Assembly (NCBI GenBank): GCA_002269645.1
Contig: NIVC01004418.1
Location: forward strand, 1-46,657
Source: Macrostomum lignano
Lineage: Eukaryota
Direction: 5' to 3'
DNA: 46,657 nt
Shown: one piece after another, positions 31,317-44,100 of the stretch
How positions within the stretch are numbered: position 1 is the first letter of the stretch
Layout: each line of letters opens with the position of its first letter
Notes under the pieces: generated by a model
What the model was told of the DNA's origin: nothing
Database searches by the model: none
The model's input: only the letters and a program-made list of their open reading frames with translations
Program-made: the position numbers and the translations under genes

Positions 31317-33171
31317 ATGTTACGCACAACCGTATCGCTCCTTTTGACCTTGATTGTAACTTTGACAAAGTCAATCGATGTCGAGCTGATGGAATTTGAA
31401 GACGAGCTATCCGACCCAGATTACATCTGCCACTGGAGCATCTGGACTGAGTCTGCTTGTCAGCGGCTCTCCAACACGGGCGCCTGTCGGGCCGATCTCA
31501 GGCGTCGCTGCGTCTGCCTGAAGTTTGCCAACATTCCGCACAATTTAAACTCCACCGACTACTTAACGAGGACTTGCAGTTTTGGTACGCTGCAAGAAAA
31601 AACTGACAAGGTTTGTGGGGTCTTCTAATAATAATAATAACAGTTGATTACACCTGCCATGAGCAGATGTATAACCGACAGCTCAGCGGTCGGAAGGCTG
31701 CGTACGGCTGTTCAGTCCAAGGACTGGAGGGGGCTCGCCACACACACCCTCAATCACCCCAGCTAATGCTGGCACCCATTTTACAGCTGGGTGAACTGAA
31801 GCAATGCATGAAGAGTTAAGTGTCTTGCTCAGGACACAAATTGTTCCAGTGAAATCAGGAATCGAACCCCCGACCTTCAAGTCGTGAGTCCGACGCTCTA
31901 ACCACTAGGCTAAAACCCCCTGATATTCATTTGTCGCATAGACAGCCAGTATGGACTAAGGTACTCTACTGAAATATGACAGGAATAAATTCCCATGTTG
32001 AACTGATGCAGGCACTATTTTAGAAAAACTGCCTCCTCGCCTGTTAGCACCGAACCCCATTTCGTCCAGCCTCACTGCAGCAAGGGCTTAGCTGCCTCAT
32101 CCGTTGGTTTCAGTTTACTAATCTCTCTTCTATGATTAGTCCTTCAGCTTAGTCCACAATGAGTTTGATCTCGTTTAACGAGAACTGCAGATTTTGGTAA
32201 TTATAAAGGTTTCCTTTACGATTTGCAAGCAAGCATGCATCAAATTTACGCGTGTGTCGTCGCATTCATTGCGCAGAGTTGGCTTTACCTATGTTAAATG
32301 GGCTTAATTTGTCCCCTTAGAGGCGGTCACATTGAGCGAGTGACAAAAATTAAGCTTCATAAGCTTGCTGTGTTAGAGTGTAAAAAATTATTGTTTTGAA
32401 TTTTGAGAACGTACAACTGTTTAGTGCATATTCGGTGTCGTTTTCGTCGTGCTAAATTTTAGCCCATGAAGGCACAACCCCTAAGGCTGAGAGTGTGCAC
32501 ATACTAATGCCGGACAATGAGGACTGATAAGTGCATTAATCCTTCACCGGCACCTCCAGCCCAATGGTCGTTGCGACTCCAACTGTCAACTATTGGACGG
32601 CTTCTTTCGCAGAGTGGAAGGCCTGCACGGCGCCTGGTGCTCCTGGTCAGATTGGCAGCGATCTACCTGTAAGGTCAGCTCCGACGGCCTGATGGAGGGC
32701 TTCCAGACCAGCCAGCGCAAGTGCCTGTGCCCACCGCCGTGGCTAGAGGGCGACGTCTGCCACGGCAGCGACTCCCGGTCTAGCAACTGTCGCGACAGTC
32801 TCAACGATGTGCCCAGCCGGTTTCTAAACGTTTGGCGCGGTCTATTCGACAGTGCAGTGATTGGAGTCATTCTTCCGTTGGCTCTGATTATTTGGTTCTG
32901 CTGTTTAGCCGGTCCGATGCGTCAGGGACTGCAGTTCGGTCGGCTGCAGTCAGCCGCCGTGATTGCCGAGCTGCGAGTGCATCGGGCCAGGCACCTGGCG
33001 GCGTTGAAGAAACAAGCGGAAGAGCAGCGACGCGCCGCAGGCGGCAGTGCGAGTGCGAATCAGGAGCAGGCGAGGAAAGGTGGCGAACTGGATCCCGCTA
33101 AGCGACGAATTTTGCGCGGCAGAGAGGCGACTCGGTTGAGACGGAGGCGAAAATTTATTTGGCAGGCTTGA
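31317..33171 (+). CDS. Type I membrane protein with two TSP1-like repeats (~301 aa); exons 31317-31610 and 32560-33171
   Basis: Signal peptide MLRTTVSLLLTLIVTLTKS; CHWSIWTESAC..RRRCVC; GAWCSWSDWQRSTC..QTSQRKCLCPPP..GDVCHG..C; TM VIGVILPLALIIWFCCLAG; basic tail. AAG|GT donor and CTCCAG acceptor are both phase 0. Confidence 0.85.
31626..31920 (-). mobile_element. CORE-type SINE family A, in the intron of the TSP1 gene, with (TTA)n tail
   Basis: Reverse complement of 16587-16845; (TAA)n at 31626-31640. Confidence 0.85.
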
Positions 33172-35124
33172 CTTATTTGAAATATAGTTCAACTCCGGTC
33201 AGGTTTGTAATTTCCAGAGAGATAGATGAATACTCGTAACTTTGAAGTAAGACTTGTTGCGTATTTTATAATGTGTTGATTTCGTTGAATTTTTTAGAGC
33301 CATTAACTCGGATATCTTTATTCATCAGTCGATATTGAGTGGTGAAAATGAATTCTTATGATCCACTTTAGGTCTGAATCGTCCAGATCTCTCTGAGTTG
33401 CCTGGAGAATAAGACGTTGTTGTCATCGATAGTGAAAAAGTCATAAAACATGACCGGAGCAAACAGACAAAAAGCAATAGAGACTCCGGACTATAGATGG
33501 GATTTCAGTTCGGTAGAACTTTGAAGCTGCGCATGTTTGGACAAATCCTTTTATTTGAGATGGGGAGATGGGAGAGAGAAAAGACTAAGCCATCTCAATC
33601 ACCGCCTTGTCTTTAGCTAGCCTTAGCCTAAGTATAGCAGTTTCCTGTTTTTGGTGTTTGCATAATGCATGCCAACTGGGTGAGTCTCTACACTGCGGGA
33701 CCATCGACTAAGCGTATATCAGTTTCGTAGCAGAGAGCCTTGTGCATTCATTCATTCAATAGACCTTTTTACTCTTTCTCTTTGTCGTCGCCAGTCAGTC
33801 CGGTGTTTCCCCAGTCCCTATATAGGGAGTTCACGCAGGGGATATAGCCATAATTTAAGAGCTCTTTAAACCCTTTAATAAGACTAGTCCAGACAGCTGA
33901 ATCTGCTTAAGTCTTGTTGGATTAGCCGACAGCTAAATAGAGGGGATTAAGAGTGCCAAAAGACAAGAGAAACTGCATGGCTAAGCTATGTTTGTCGGTA
34001 TCTGTGTCGTAAAACATAACATTTGTTTCTTTTTACTTCATTGACAAAAAGTACACCGTTTGCCTAAAACAGAAAGAGCGAGAAGAAGTAGTAAAGCATG
34101 GACAGCGTTCTTGTTCCAGTCTCCGTCCTACTCGTCTGGTCGTCGGGCAAGGCGCTCCATCTCTCACGGGTTGTAATGAGGATAATGGGATTTCCTGATG
34201 CGCTAAAGAGAGAGAGAGGGGCGGAGAGGGGAGAAGATTGAGAGTTCATCTCTTGGTGAGAAAATGGTTGTGTGTGCGTGTGCGAAGCCGCAGTGCATTG
34301 GACCCAGCTGCCAGTAGCTGTGCTGCAGCAGGGAATGCAGACAGACCGAACAGACCCCCTAGGGACTGTCTCTCTCCGGCTAACTCCCTCTCTATCGGCG
34401 ACCCCTTTTCTTCCTTCGTCTCACATTCTAGAGGGTATATGCCCGACCAATCGGTCAAAGTTCCTTAGTTCGTTTGCTGGTGAAAGATTAGTTCCGCGAG
34501 GGTAAACTGCATGCGCATGGAATATTACGATTAAAGACAACTGATTTTAAACGTCCAATATGAACCCTTCCTGAATAATGTAGATTTAAACGACAAACAA
34601 TCAACCAGCTTTCTAGATTAGAGTCACGCCATTGCCGCATGCCCAATATCTCCACGCGAAACTTCTGTTGAGAAATTCCCAATCCGACTGCATGCAAAGC
34701 CACTGAAGCATCTAGATGGATGAATAAAATCCTATGCTGAAATTGGCAGATCTGCGCACCTCATGATTGGAGGTTATCTGTTACTAGCCAATCAAAATTG
34801 AGCCAAGCCTTAATGCATGACCAGTGCCAAAAAAACTGCTCAACCATACACACTATTAAAGACACTGAGAGCAGCAGAAGGCTGGCTATACTCGCTGCAT
34901 AAAAATTGATAGTTAAATTGTGGTTGTCAAGGCCAGTTTTGACAGCACCGATAGTGTGTCAGTGCGTCAGTGAGTCAGTCCTTAGCTTAAGATAGCCATC
35001 ATCGCCATCAAAGAATAGAGAGACCCAATGTAAGCCCGATAGACCTCATTTAGCAGTTGCCCAAGCAAGCAGAAAAACGCGCCGGAAGTTGTGCCTCTTC
35101 TAGAGCACTGAAAGCTCAATAGAG

Positions 35125-35947
35125 ATGCAAAATCGTGCACGAAATCGCTCGGATTATCCCAGCTTCTCCGGGCCGTCCTACGGCCAGATGGGCTGCGGAA
35201 TTACCAGCTGCGAAAATTTACAACTAGACGGAGTTGACGCGGCTTCCAATGTTGCTTCGTCAACGCGTCCGTTCCTGCTTACGTCAGCCAGCCAGGCTGC
35301 CGCGGCGGCGTCCATGGCGCCAGCATCCAACGGACGACGTCGGAGGAACAACAATAGCGACGACACTGCCGAAGGTCGCAGCTCAGGTGAGAGCTACCGA
35401 CGAAGGGAGAAATTTCTGTGCTGCTGTTGTTGCACCCTGACTGTCGGACTGCTGGCTGTCAGCGGTTTCTTGCTGCTGAGCTACCTGCCGGCCTTCCGAC
35501 CGCCGAATCAGCCTGGCAGCTGCGCCGGCGGATTCGTGAATAGCGGCAGCGTTGGCGGAGGTGGTCCTGCATCCTACTGTCTGAGCCGGGCCTGCCTGAA
35601 ATCCGCGGCCGAGATGGAGGAGCTGCTCAACCAGACGGCCGATCCTTGCAAAGAATTCTTCGCGTTCTCCTGCGACGGCTGGCTCAACGAGAATCACATG
35701 CCGCCGACCGTGCCAGTCTGGTCAAGATCCACTCGGCTTCAGTCTAGCGTTGATAATCACCTGCGCGAGATGCTGGAGTTCAACGGAGACGACTTCGGCT
35801 GGAGGACCAAGCTGACGCGGTTCTTCGAAGCGTGCATCTCCGTGGAGGATCCCCGACTCGCCCAGTGCGGTACGGGCGGCGGCGGTCGATCAACCGGCGA
35901 CGAGTTCCAGACGCTGCTTAACGCCTGTCAGGGACCCTGGAAGCTGA
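35125..35947 (+). CDS. M13-like exon 1 (cytosolic N-terminus, TM, start of ectodomain)
   Basis: ORF 35125-35973 up to donor CTGA|GTGAGT. Confidence 0.9.
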
Positions 35948-37792
35948 GTGAGTCAGCCCGTTTGAGGCTGTGACCTGGGATCTTTATACAGAGCCTGGAA
36001 AATAACAATCATGGATTGACACAAAATGATCTGTATAGCACTTAGGTAGTTGACAATGATACTATGGAAACTCCCGCAAATCAATTCTACAGCCGAAATG
36101 ACAGTTACTTACACTTCTGTGACCCGGCCCTGAGCACTTACATCTACTCAGGTACAATTGTATGTAGAAGAGACGTTCATTGTAGGGAAAGTTATAGGGA
36201 ACAAAATCGGTGACTCAGCTCGCAGGTGAGTGTGTGCCAGAGATGCGATTTCTCAACTAACAAACAGAAACAATTGTTGCTACGGTAAACAACCATAAAA
36301 GAAGAGGAAAGGCTCTGTTAGCAAAGCGAATCAGAGCTCCAACAATAGCAAGGCATTGATTTCCATTGTGATGAATTACAATGAGAACGAATCTTTAAGA
36401 GGTCCAGCTAGCCTCCCACGGCTCCACGCACTGGACTAATATTTTCCTTTGGGAAACATTCGCTCGCCATATCTGCAATCTAGGTACTGAGTCAACAGGT
36501 TCTACCCGAGAACTGGCTGATTTGCTTGCCAGTAAAATCCCGCCCCCAGTTTGATTTGGGGAAATGTACAACTGGCATGGGGTTGTCATTGGTGAGATCT
36601 AGTTTAGATATTTTTCTAAACCTTTACTAGCTCCTACACTCTACAGACTGGAACAAGAAAACCCGACCTCAAATCTGACTCTCAAAAAGGTGAATGCGAG
36701 GATGAAAGGAATTTTATCTTGTCGAAAGAGCATCTCACAACGGCCTCATTGTCGGTTTCTAATTTGGCATTCTTCTCTCGCACCGGCTTTCGGGTGCCTG
36801 ATTGGACGGCCAGCGTCTTGGAACGTCTAAGAATGCACCCATGCAGGGAAGAAAACCCCATTGCAGGTTCCCCAATCCAGACTCTGGGGGTGAGACTCTG
36901 AGGGAGCAGCCAAACGGGTCTGATCCTTGAATAATGCAAATCCCATAGTTGGATTTCTAATCCTCAGCTTCTCGGCCAGGCTAATACCTGGGCCTCATCA
37001 CGCATGCCTTACTCAAAGGGCCCTTCTCTCTCCTCCCTCTCTCCCTCTCTCTTTCTCAATACCCTCTCTCGCCGCACTCTTTCCTTCCAGCTTTACCCGG
37101 AACCCTCTGGTCTTCATTCATCCATTCCGTTTCCCCGCCTTCTGCAAGTTTCTCAAGCCGCCCAGGCCACATTTTTATGCCAGCCAAATGACTAACGCAG
37201 CTTCGACAGCTCAGCAACAAAATACGAACTGTTGTTTCACTTCTCGTGTCCAGGTTCCTGAGCTTGTAGTCGTAATATTTACGTTAGTGATTTCTTGCTA
37301 CACTGAATGAATGGGGACTACCGTAATGCAAATAATTGTTTTGATGGGTAACATGGGCTGTGCATGATTGATCCGTTGTGCTGGTTCTGGTCTACACTTA
37401 CCGGTAGTGGACTGTCAGCTCGTCGCCCGGCATACAACTAATATTGATGACTTCGAACACTGCATATTTAAAGTGCAGTGAAGTACGAGCATACGGGAGT
37501 ACCCTGTTTGAGCAGCGTGAGCTCAGCGTTTAAACAAACAAGTGTACCGTAGACCCACTACAGGGCAGTCGATCTTTACCAGTATGTCGTTCGAACTTAC
37601 TCGTCTTACTAAATAGGGACATTAACGAATCTGACCTGAACCATTTCATTATCTGCTTTACCAATATTTCAGCTGAACGAATTCAGTGCCTGCAAATAGA
37701 GCTGGGAGTGAGCACTCTGTTCCAGATGGAACCTGTGCAGTCGCCGTGGTCACCTGGAGAGCAGATTCTACTTGTAAGTTATATGTCGGTCG

Positions 37793-37888
<96 letters not shown>

Positions 37889-37891
37889 TAG

Positions 37892-37988
<97 letters not shown>

Positions 37989-37991
37989 TAG

Positions 37992-38080
<89 letters not shown>

Positions 38081-38083
38081 TAG

Positions 38084-38151
<68 letters not shown>

Positions 38152-41100
38152 GTGAATCCAAGCGAGCGCATTCGCAGACACTGATTCGCCGATCAATAAA
38201 AGAGTAAACTGGAATTGAAGTCGGGTCCCTAATCAGCAAACAGCCTGGGGAGTGGGTTTTCCTATTTCTGCAGCATCTCAATAATGAAATACGGGGGGAA
38301 TCGCTTGGTAGAGCACAAAAAGAGATGGCCAGATAAGGGTGGTGGGCAATATATCCATCCAGGATAGAATAACTGGGGATGAAATAGGTGGGGACGGGGT
38401 AGAGCGGATATGTGGCCTGCTGACAGTGCATCGGCAATAATCCAGTATAGTTTCGCTCTGGGATGCAATAATGCAGCAACTCATAAATTCGAATTAAATT
38501 GCTCCCACTGTTCCCCAAGTTCCGCTCAGAAAATTGACACCAACTGCAATAGTGAATATTGGGTGCTGAGTGCTTCATCATCTGGTCCAGTAATAGCTGC
38601 TTTGTCTAGACCTGAGGCTGAAGAAGTTTCATGAAAGCTGGATAAAATGCTTTAAGCAAAGCATTTTGCTACTACATTGCTGTAGGAAATTCGAGGCCCA
38701 AAAGAGTCTATTTTGAAGGGGAAAAATCAATCCATTACAGCACCAGAAATGTGTAAATTTTTTTCTGTGAATACTGATACTAAATTGACCTACTAAGCTG
38801 GGAGTACCAGGAAACTCGAATTGAATGCAGCAAATCAAAATAAAATCATTAGGGTTTGTGAAACCTGATGGATATAGGTTTTTCAAGACTGATTTGAAAC
38901 AAAATTGTAGGGAATGCATGCACTATAGACAGCAGTGGCGTACACCACACCATCCACTCTCGCCACCACAAAATTTGGGAGGAGGTAACCAAGCCAAACA
39001 AATGGCAGGGGGTCAAATTTTTCCTCCTCTTGGACATGAAATCCAACGGCCTAGGAAACAGGGATGCCCATCAAGAGACAGGGATGCCCACCAAGAGACA
39101 GTGATGCCCACCAAGAGACAGGGACGCCCACTAAGAGACAAGGATGCCCACCAAGAGACAAGGGTCGCCCACCAAGAGACAGGGGCGACCACCAAAAGAC
39201 AGGGATGCCCACCAAGAGACAGGGATGCCCACCAAGAGACAGGGGGCACCCACCAAGAGACAGGGTTGCCCATCAAGAGACAGGGATGCCCACCAAGAGA
39301 CAGGGTTGCCCATCAAGAGACAAGGGTGCCCACCAAGAGACAGGGGCGCCCACAAAGAGACAGGGGGCCCACCAAGACACTATCACGGCATTGCATGATC
39401 TTAACGCAATCTGGTTGTTAGACAGAAGAAAATTTAATTTTTTGTTCACCAACTTTTTGAAGCTCAAAGAGCACCAGGATAGAAGTCTAGGCGACATCTC
39501 GGTACCACAGGAGAGGAACGGCTTACGACATTTTATCATTCAACTAGTGAACGATCTGGAGCATCTGGGAGACAGCGTCGGCCAGAACTATGCGGACAGT
39601 GTACTCACCGTGCTGCAGTCGTTGGCTCAGGTTTGACTGCTTCTCGATGCTCGATTTTTTATAGACAGGGGCCTGTGTGCACCCTGGCGCACTTTAAGCG
39701 ACACTGTCACAACCATTACTGGCATTACTGAGAGGCATTGCTGCCCATTCCACCGACTCCCCTGAGCAGCCACAAGCGCGCGGATACGTACGCAGTCATA
39801 CGCACAGGCACACACTCACACAGGAGTGTACAGCGGTCCTAACTTTATTTATCGTTAGGCATGTACACTTCACTGTGCCTTGGGGGTTGGCCCTCAAGGC
39901 CGTTAATTGCACGAGCAGAGCCAAGCCGAGATTTCAGTTTAGCCCCAAATTTATGTGACTGCACTTGGAATCGAGCCTGGGCCGCACACACATCAGAGCG
40001 CCGCGCCAGACCACTCGGCTACGGCCTCCTCTCGTTGCTTTAACTTTAAGTTATAGTCGTATAATAGTTATATAATTCAACTAAGAGCGTTTAGTCAGTC
40101 AGAAATTTAAAGTTAGAAAGCGGCACCAATTTAGGATAAAAATCAATAAATAATGACCATCACTTGGCAGATTAGAGCAATTAAGTTAATTGCCGTGAGA
40201 TGAGTCAAGCAAGACTTCGAATTAATTGTGATGCTGTGGTTTTACGTTCTCCATCAACTATCTATATAAGCATGAATTTATTTATGATTCATTAGAGCTA
40301 ATTATTACCACGAATTCCCATTGCAGATCAGTCTGCCTGGCAGTCACCCGTTGAAAGATCATCCACTGTTGCGAGCACAGCGAATGTCAATTGCAGAGTT
40401 CAAGCAAAGACTGAAAGCATCTGGAAAACCGTTGGTAGGTGCTACATACTAATCAATGATATTGGAAGTGACACTTTGTTAATTGTCTAGCGGGTTTTTT
40501 TACTATCAGAAATTGAGGCTGGCAAGTAGACGAGGAAGGCATGCAGTCATGCTCATTTCCTTGACGCCTGAAAGCGCACACATGCAGATACGTACGAAGG
40601 CACATGCACGCTCACGCAGGGTGTACAACGGCCCCGACTTTCTAATCGTGCGGCATGTACACTCTCTGGGTGTGAATCGCACGATAACCAACCCAACGTC
40701 CAATTTTTCGCGAACAAGGCTTAAATGAGAAGATTAACTAATATTCAACGACTTTTAGATCCATTTCGACAAACTGATTGCCCAATTCATTCACGGCGAT
40801 CCGGAAGTCAACATTGACTCAATGGTAATCGCGGTCGACAACCCCAATTACTTCTATCGTTTGGAAAATCTGCTCAAGACACTTCGAGATGAGTGAGTGC
40901 ACGCTTGCTTATGCCGCGTCTTGAGCCTCTCTGTCAGATTTTAAGCTGAAGGAACGCTTTTCCGTTCCGTCCATTGGATCTGTCAATTTCACTTTTTCTT
41001 CACCGGGTCCCTATCTATTTTTCTCTTCCCATCTCACAACCAGGCGCAACTGTAGTCTAAGCTAGTTAGCATGTCTTAAGGTCTTTCGCTTCCGTATGAG

Positions 41101-44100
41101 CAGCTAATTCCTATTTGTCTTCGAGATACATAAGCTTCCATCCGAGACAGCTGCTAAGACTGCTTTTTATACTGTGGCAGACATGTGACTGGCTACACGT
41201 GGGCGTCTCAGCACCCCCTCCTCAACCCCTCGGGAGGCGCTCAGGGTAAAAGCCAAGAGGAGAAAAAGATACTTGCACATGGTAACAAAGGTTGACAGTT
41301 TGTGCTCGCATCCACCCTGTGTTCAAAGAGTAACGAGCCGTCTTCCCTCTCTGTGTGATCTCTTCTCTGGGTCCCTGTCTGCATCTTCTCAGTCCTTTGA
41401 CTTTCTTTCAGTTGCTATTGATCTTTTCTACTTTTGGTCTAAGATTTTTTTGGTTTTATTTAACGATTTTAGCGACTTAAAGAAATACCTGGAGTTTTGC
41501 ATTATACGCCATTTTGCGCCATATTACTCGGCGAAATCCCGCCGAGATTGTCTGAGACACTCAGCTCAGCTCAACGGTCAGGAGCACGCTGAGGAGCAGT
41601 GGCTTACCTGCTTGAGGCTGCTTCGCTCCCCCGGCCTAAATGCCGTTTATTTTGGCGAAATGAAAGCCAAACTGAGGCTCGGAATGGTGAGTTCCCTGAT
41701 AGACTAGTAATGAGCAGAGGTACATGGGAACGGAGTGACATGGGAACGGAGTGATATGGGAACGGAGTGACATGGAAACGGAGTGACATGAGATCGGAGT
41801 GACATAGGATCGGAGTGACATGGGATCGGAGTGACAAGGGAACGGAGTGACAAGGGAACGGAGTGACAAGGGAACGGAGTGACAAGGGAACGGAGTGACA
41901 AGGGAACGGAGTGACAAGGGAACGGAGTGACAAGGGAACGGAGTGACAAGGGAACGGAGTGACAAGGGAACGGAGTGACAAGGGAACGGAGTGACAAGGG
42001 AACGGAGTGACAAGGGAACGGAGTGACAAGGGAACGGAGTGACAAGGGAACGGAGTGACAAGGGAACGGAGTGACAAGGGAACGGAGTGACAAGGGAACG
42101 GAGTGACAAGGGAACGGAGTGACAAGGGAACGGAGTGACAAGGGAACGGAGTGACAAGGGAACGGAGTGACAAGGGAACGGAGTGACAAGGGAACGGAGT
42201 GACAAGGGAACGGAGTGACAAGGGAACGGAGTGGCAAGGGAACGGAGTGACAAGGGAACGGAGCGACATGGGAACGGAGTGACATAGGATCGGAGTGACA
42301 TGGGAACGGAGTGATATGAGAACGGAGCGACATGGGAACGGAGTGACATGAGATCGGAGTGACATAGGATCGGAGTGACATGGGAACGGAGTGACATGAG
42401 AACAGAGTGACATGAGATCGGAGTGCCATAGGATCGGAGTGACATGGGAACGGAGTGATATGGGATCGGAGTGACATGGGAACGGAGTGATATGGGAACG
42501 GAGCGACATGGGAACGGAGCGACATGAGAACGGAGTGACATGAGAACGGAGTGACATGAGATCGGAGTGACAAGGGAACGGAGTGACAGAATCGTAGTTT
42601 TCTCAATTTCAGATTTCAAACGTCTTGGTGCCTCTTCTAAAGGAGGCTTTTGTTGAACTGGTCCGATCAAGACCTACTTTAAGTCAACAAACAAAGCAGT
42701 CAATTGCTACAAAGGTTAGAAAGATGACGTGTTTTTCGTGTTATTGCATATAAACTTGCTTCTATTTGAGAGAATGTCCTATTCCTAAATCTTTGTAGGT
42801 GAAATCAATGAGATTCATTATTGGGTATAGTGAGCAGCACCTGCAACCAGCATTCCTCGATGAGTACTTCCGTGAAGTAATAATTTCTAAGTTTGATTCT
42901 GGATCAAATAATATACTGAGATATAAAAATACAACTTACTTATTAACTCGAAGCCCTACTTTTTGCTTTTCAGTGGAATCTTACTTCTAACCAGACCCTG
43001 CTGCAGATGGTGACTGGTTGGACAAAATTTCTACAGTTCAGGGCTAGAGCACGACTCAAGAGCAATCGATCGACATTTGAGTCAGTGCCGTTAGTTATTC
43101 TACGGGCGCCAGGATGCCCACAGCCCTACAGCAATTACTATCACTAGTGTATTTTAATTCAGTTTTTCTACCGGTAAAAGCAGTGCAACTAAGTTAACTA
43201 TAAAATTACTATTTGAGGCATTTACAATTCCAGGGAGACTCTGGACATCACTTCCGTTTATCCAAGCTATCACATTGAAGAGAATGCAGTTTGTAAGGGA
43301 TTTTTTCTTATAAAATTTCTCTTAAAATCTGCATTGCAAAGCATTGTAGAAAACTGTCAAACTGTGTGAATTTAATTTTCAGTTGTACCAGCAGCATTCT
43401 TCCAATGGCCATTCCATATGTGGGACAATTCAATGCCATAGTAAGTTGTAGCCACAGGTACTAAAATAACAAGATGGGCCACTCAGGCAAATATACTTTT
43501 AAGTAAAGCAGCTTTCTACTATCAGTTCAGTAGCAAGAAGAATACATAAGGTATATTTTATAAAATTAAGCCAGCTGAAATGACTTTGATAAGGCTCAGG
43601 TCAGGAGCCCAAGCTTGCAGGCGTAAACAGCTTGCTAATTGGTTCAGCAATAATGTACATTAGCCAGTCCACTGAAATGTACATGGCAGCTTTAGGCTAA
43701 AATTCCGAGACGGGGCAATAAAAATTGGGGCGGTGCGGGGGTAGTCTGGAAAGGCACGGTCGGAGGGTTTAAGCGGGGGGGGGTGTGGTAAGAGCCAAAA
43801 TAAGAGCCAAAATAAATTAAAATGCTGGGAGTACGACGTTTGCTTGCAGGAACTTTGCTTGCTGAACTTTACTTGCGGAATTTTGATGTCTGCTTCCTAG
43901 AAATTCGCAATCACAATTGCAAGGTTTTAACTTGCCGAATTAGAATGTCTGCTTGCTTGTTTTGATTGCTTGTGAAGTTGGTCCGTCAATTATTACTTAC
44001 TACAGATGCTTTGCAAGTGGATTCTTATCAGCGTCGACGTAAACTGACTTGACACGAAGCTTTCAAACTAGGCTTATAGAGTTTCATTCTAAGAATTTAG

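Noticed and set aside
36046-36151. Possible extra M13 exon [21 protein letters not shown]..
   Set aside because: Phase 0 start is incompatible with the phase 1 end of exon 1, which splices cleanly to 37673.
38933-39393. hAT-like MITE starting CAGTGGCGTA around the 20-bp array
   Set aside because: Right end is too degenerate and there is no 8-bp TSD.
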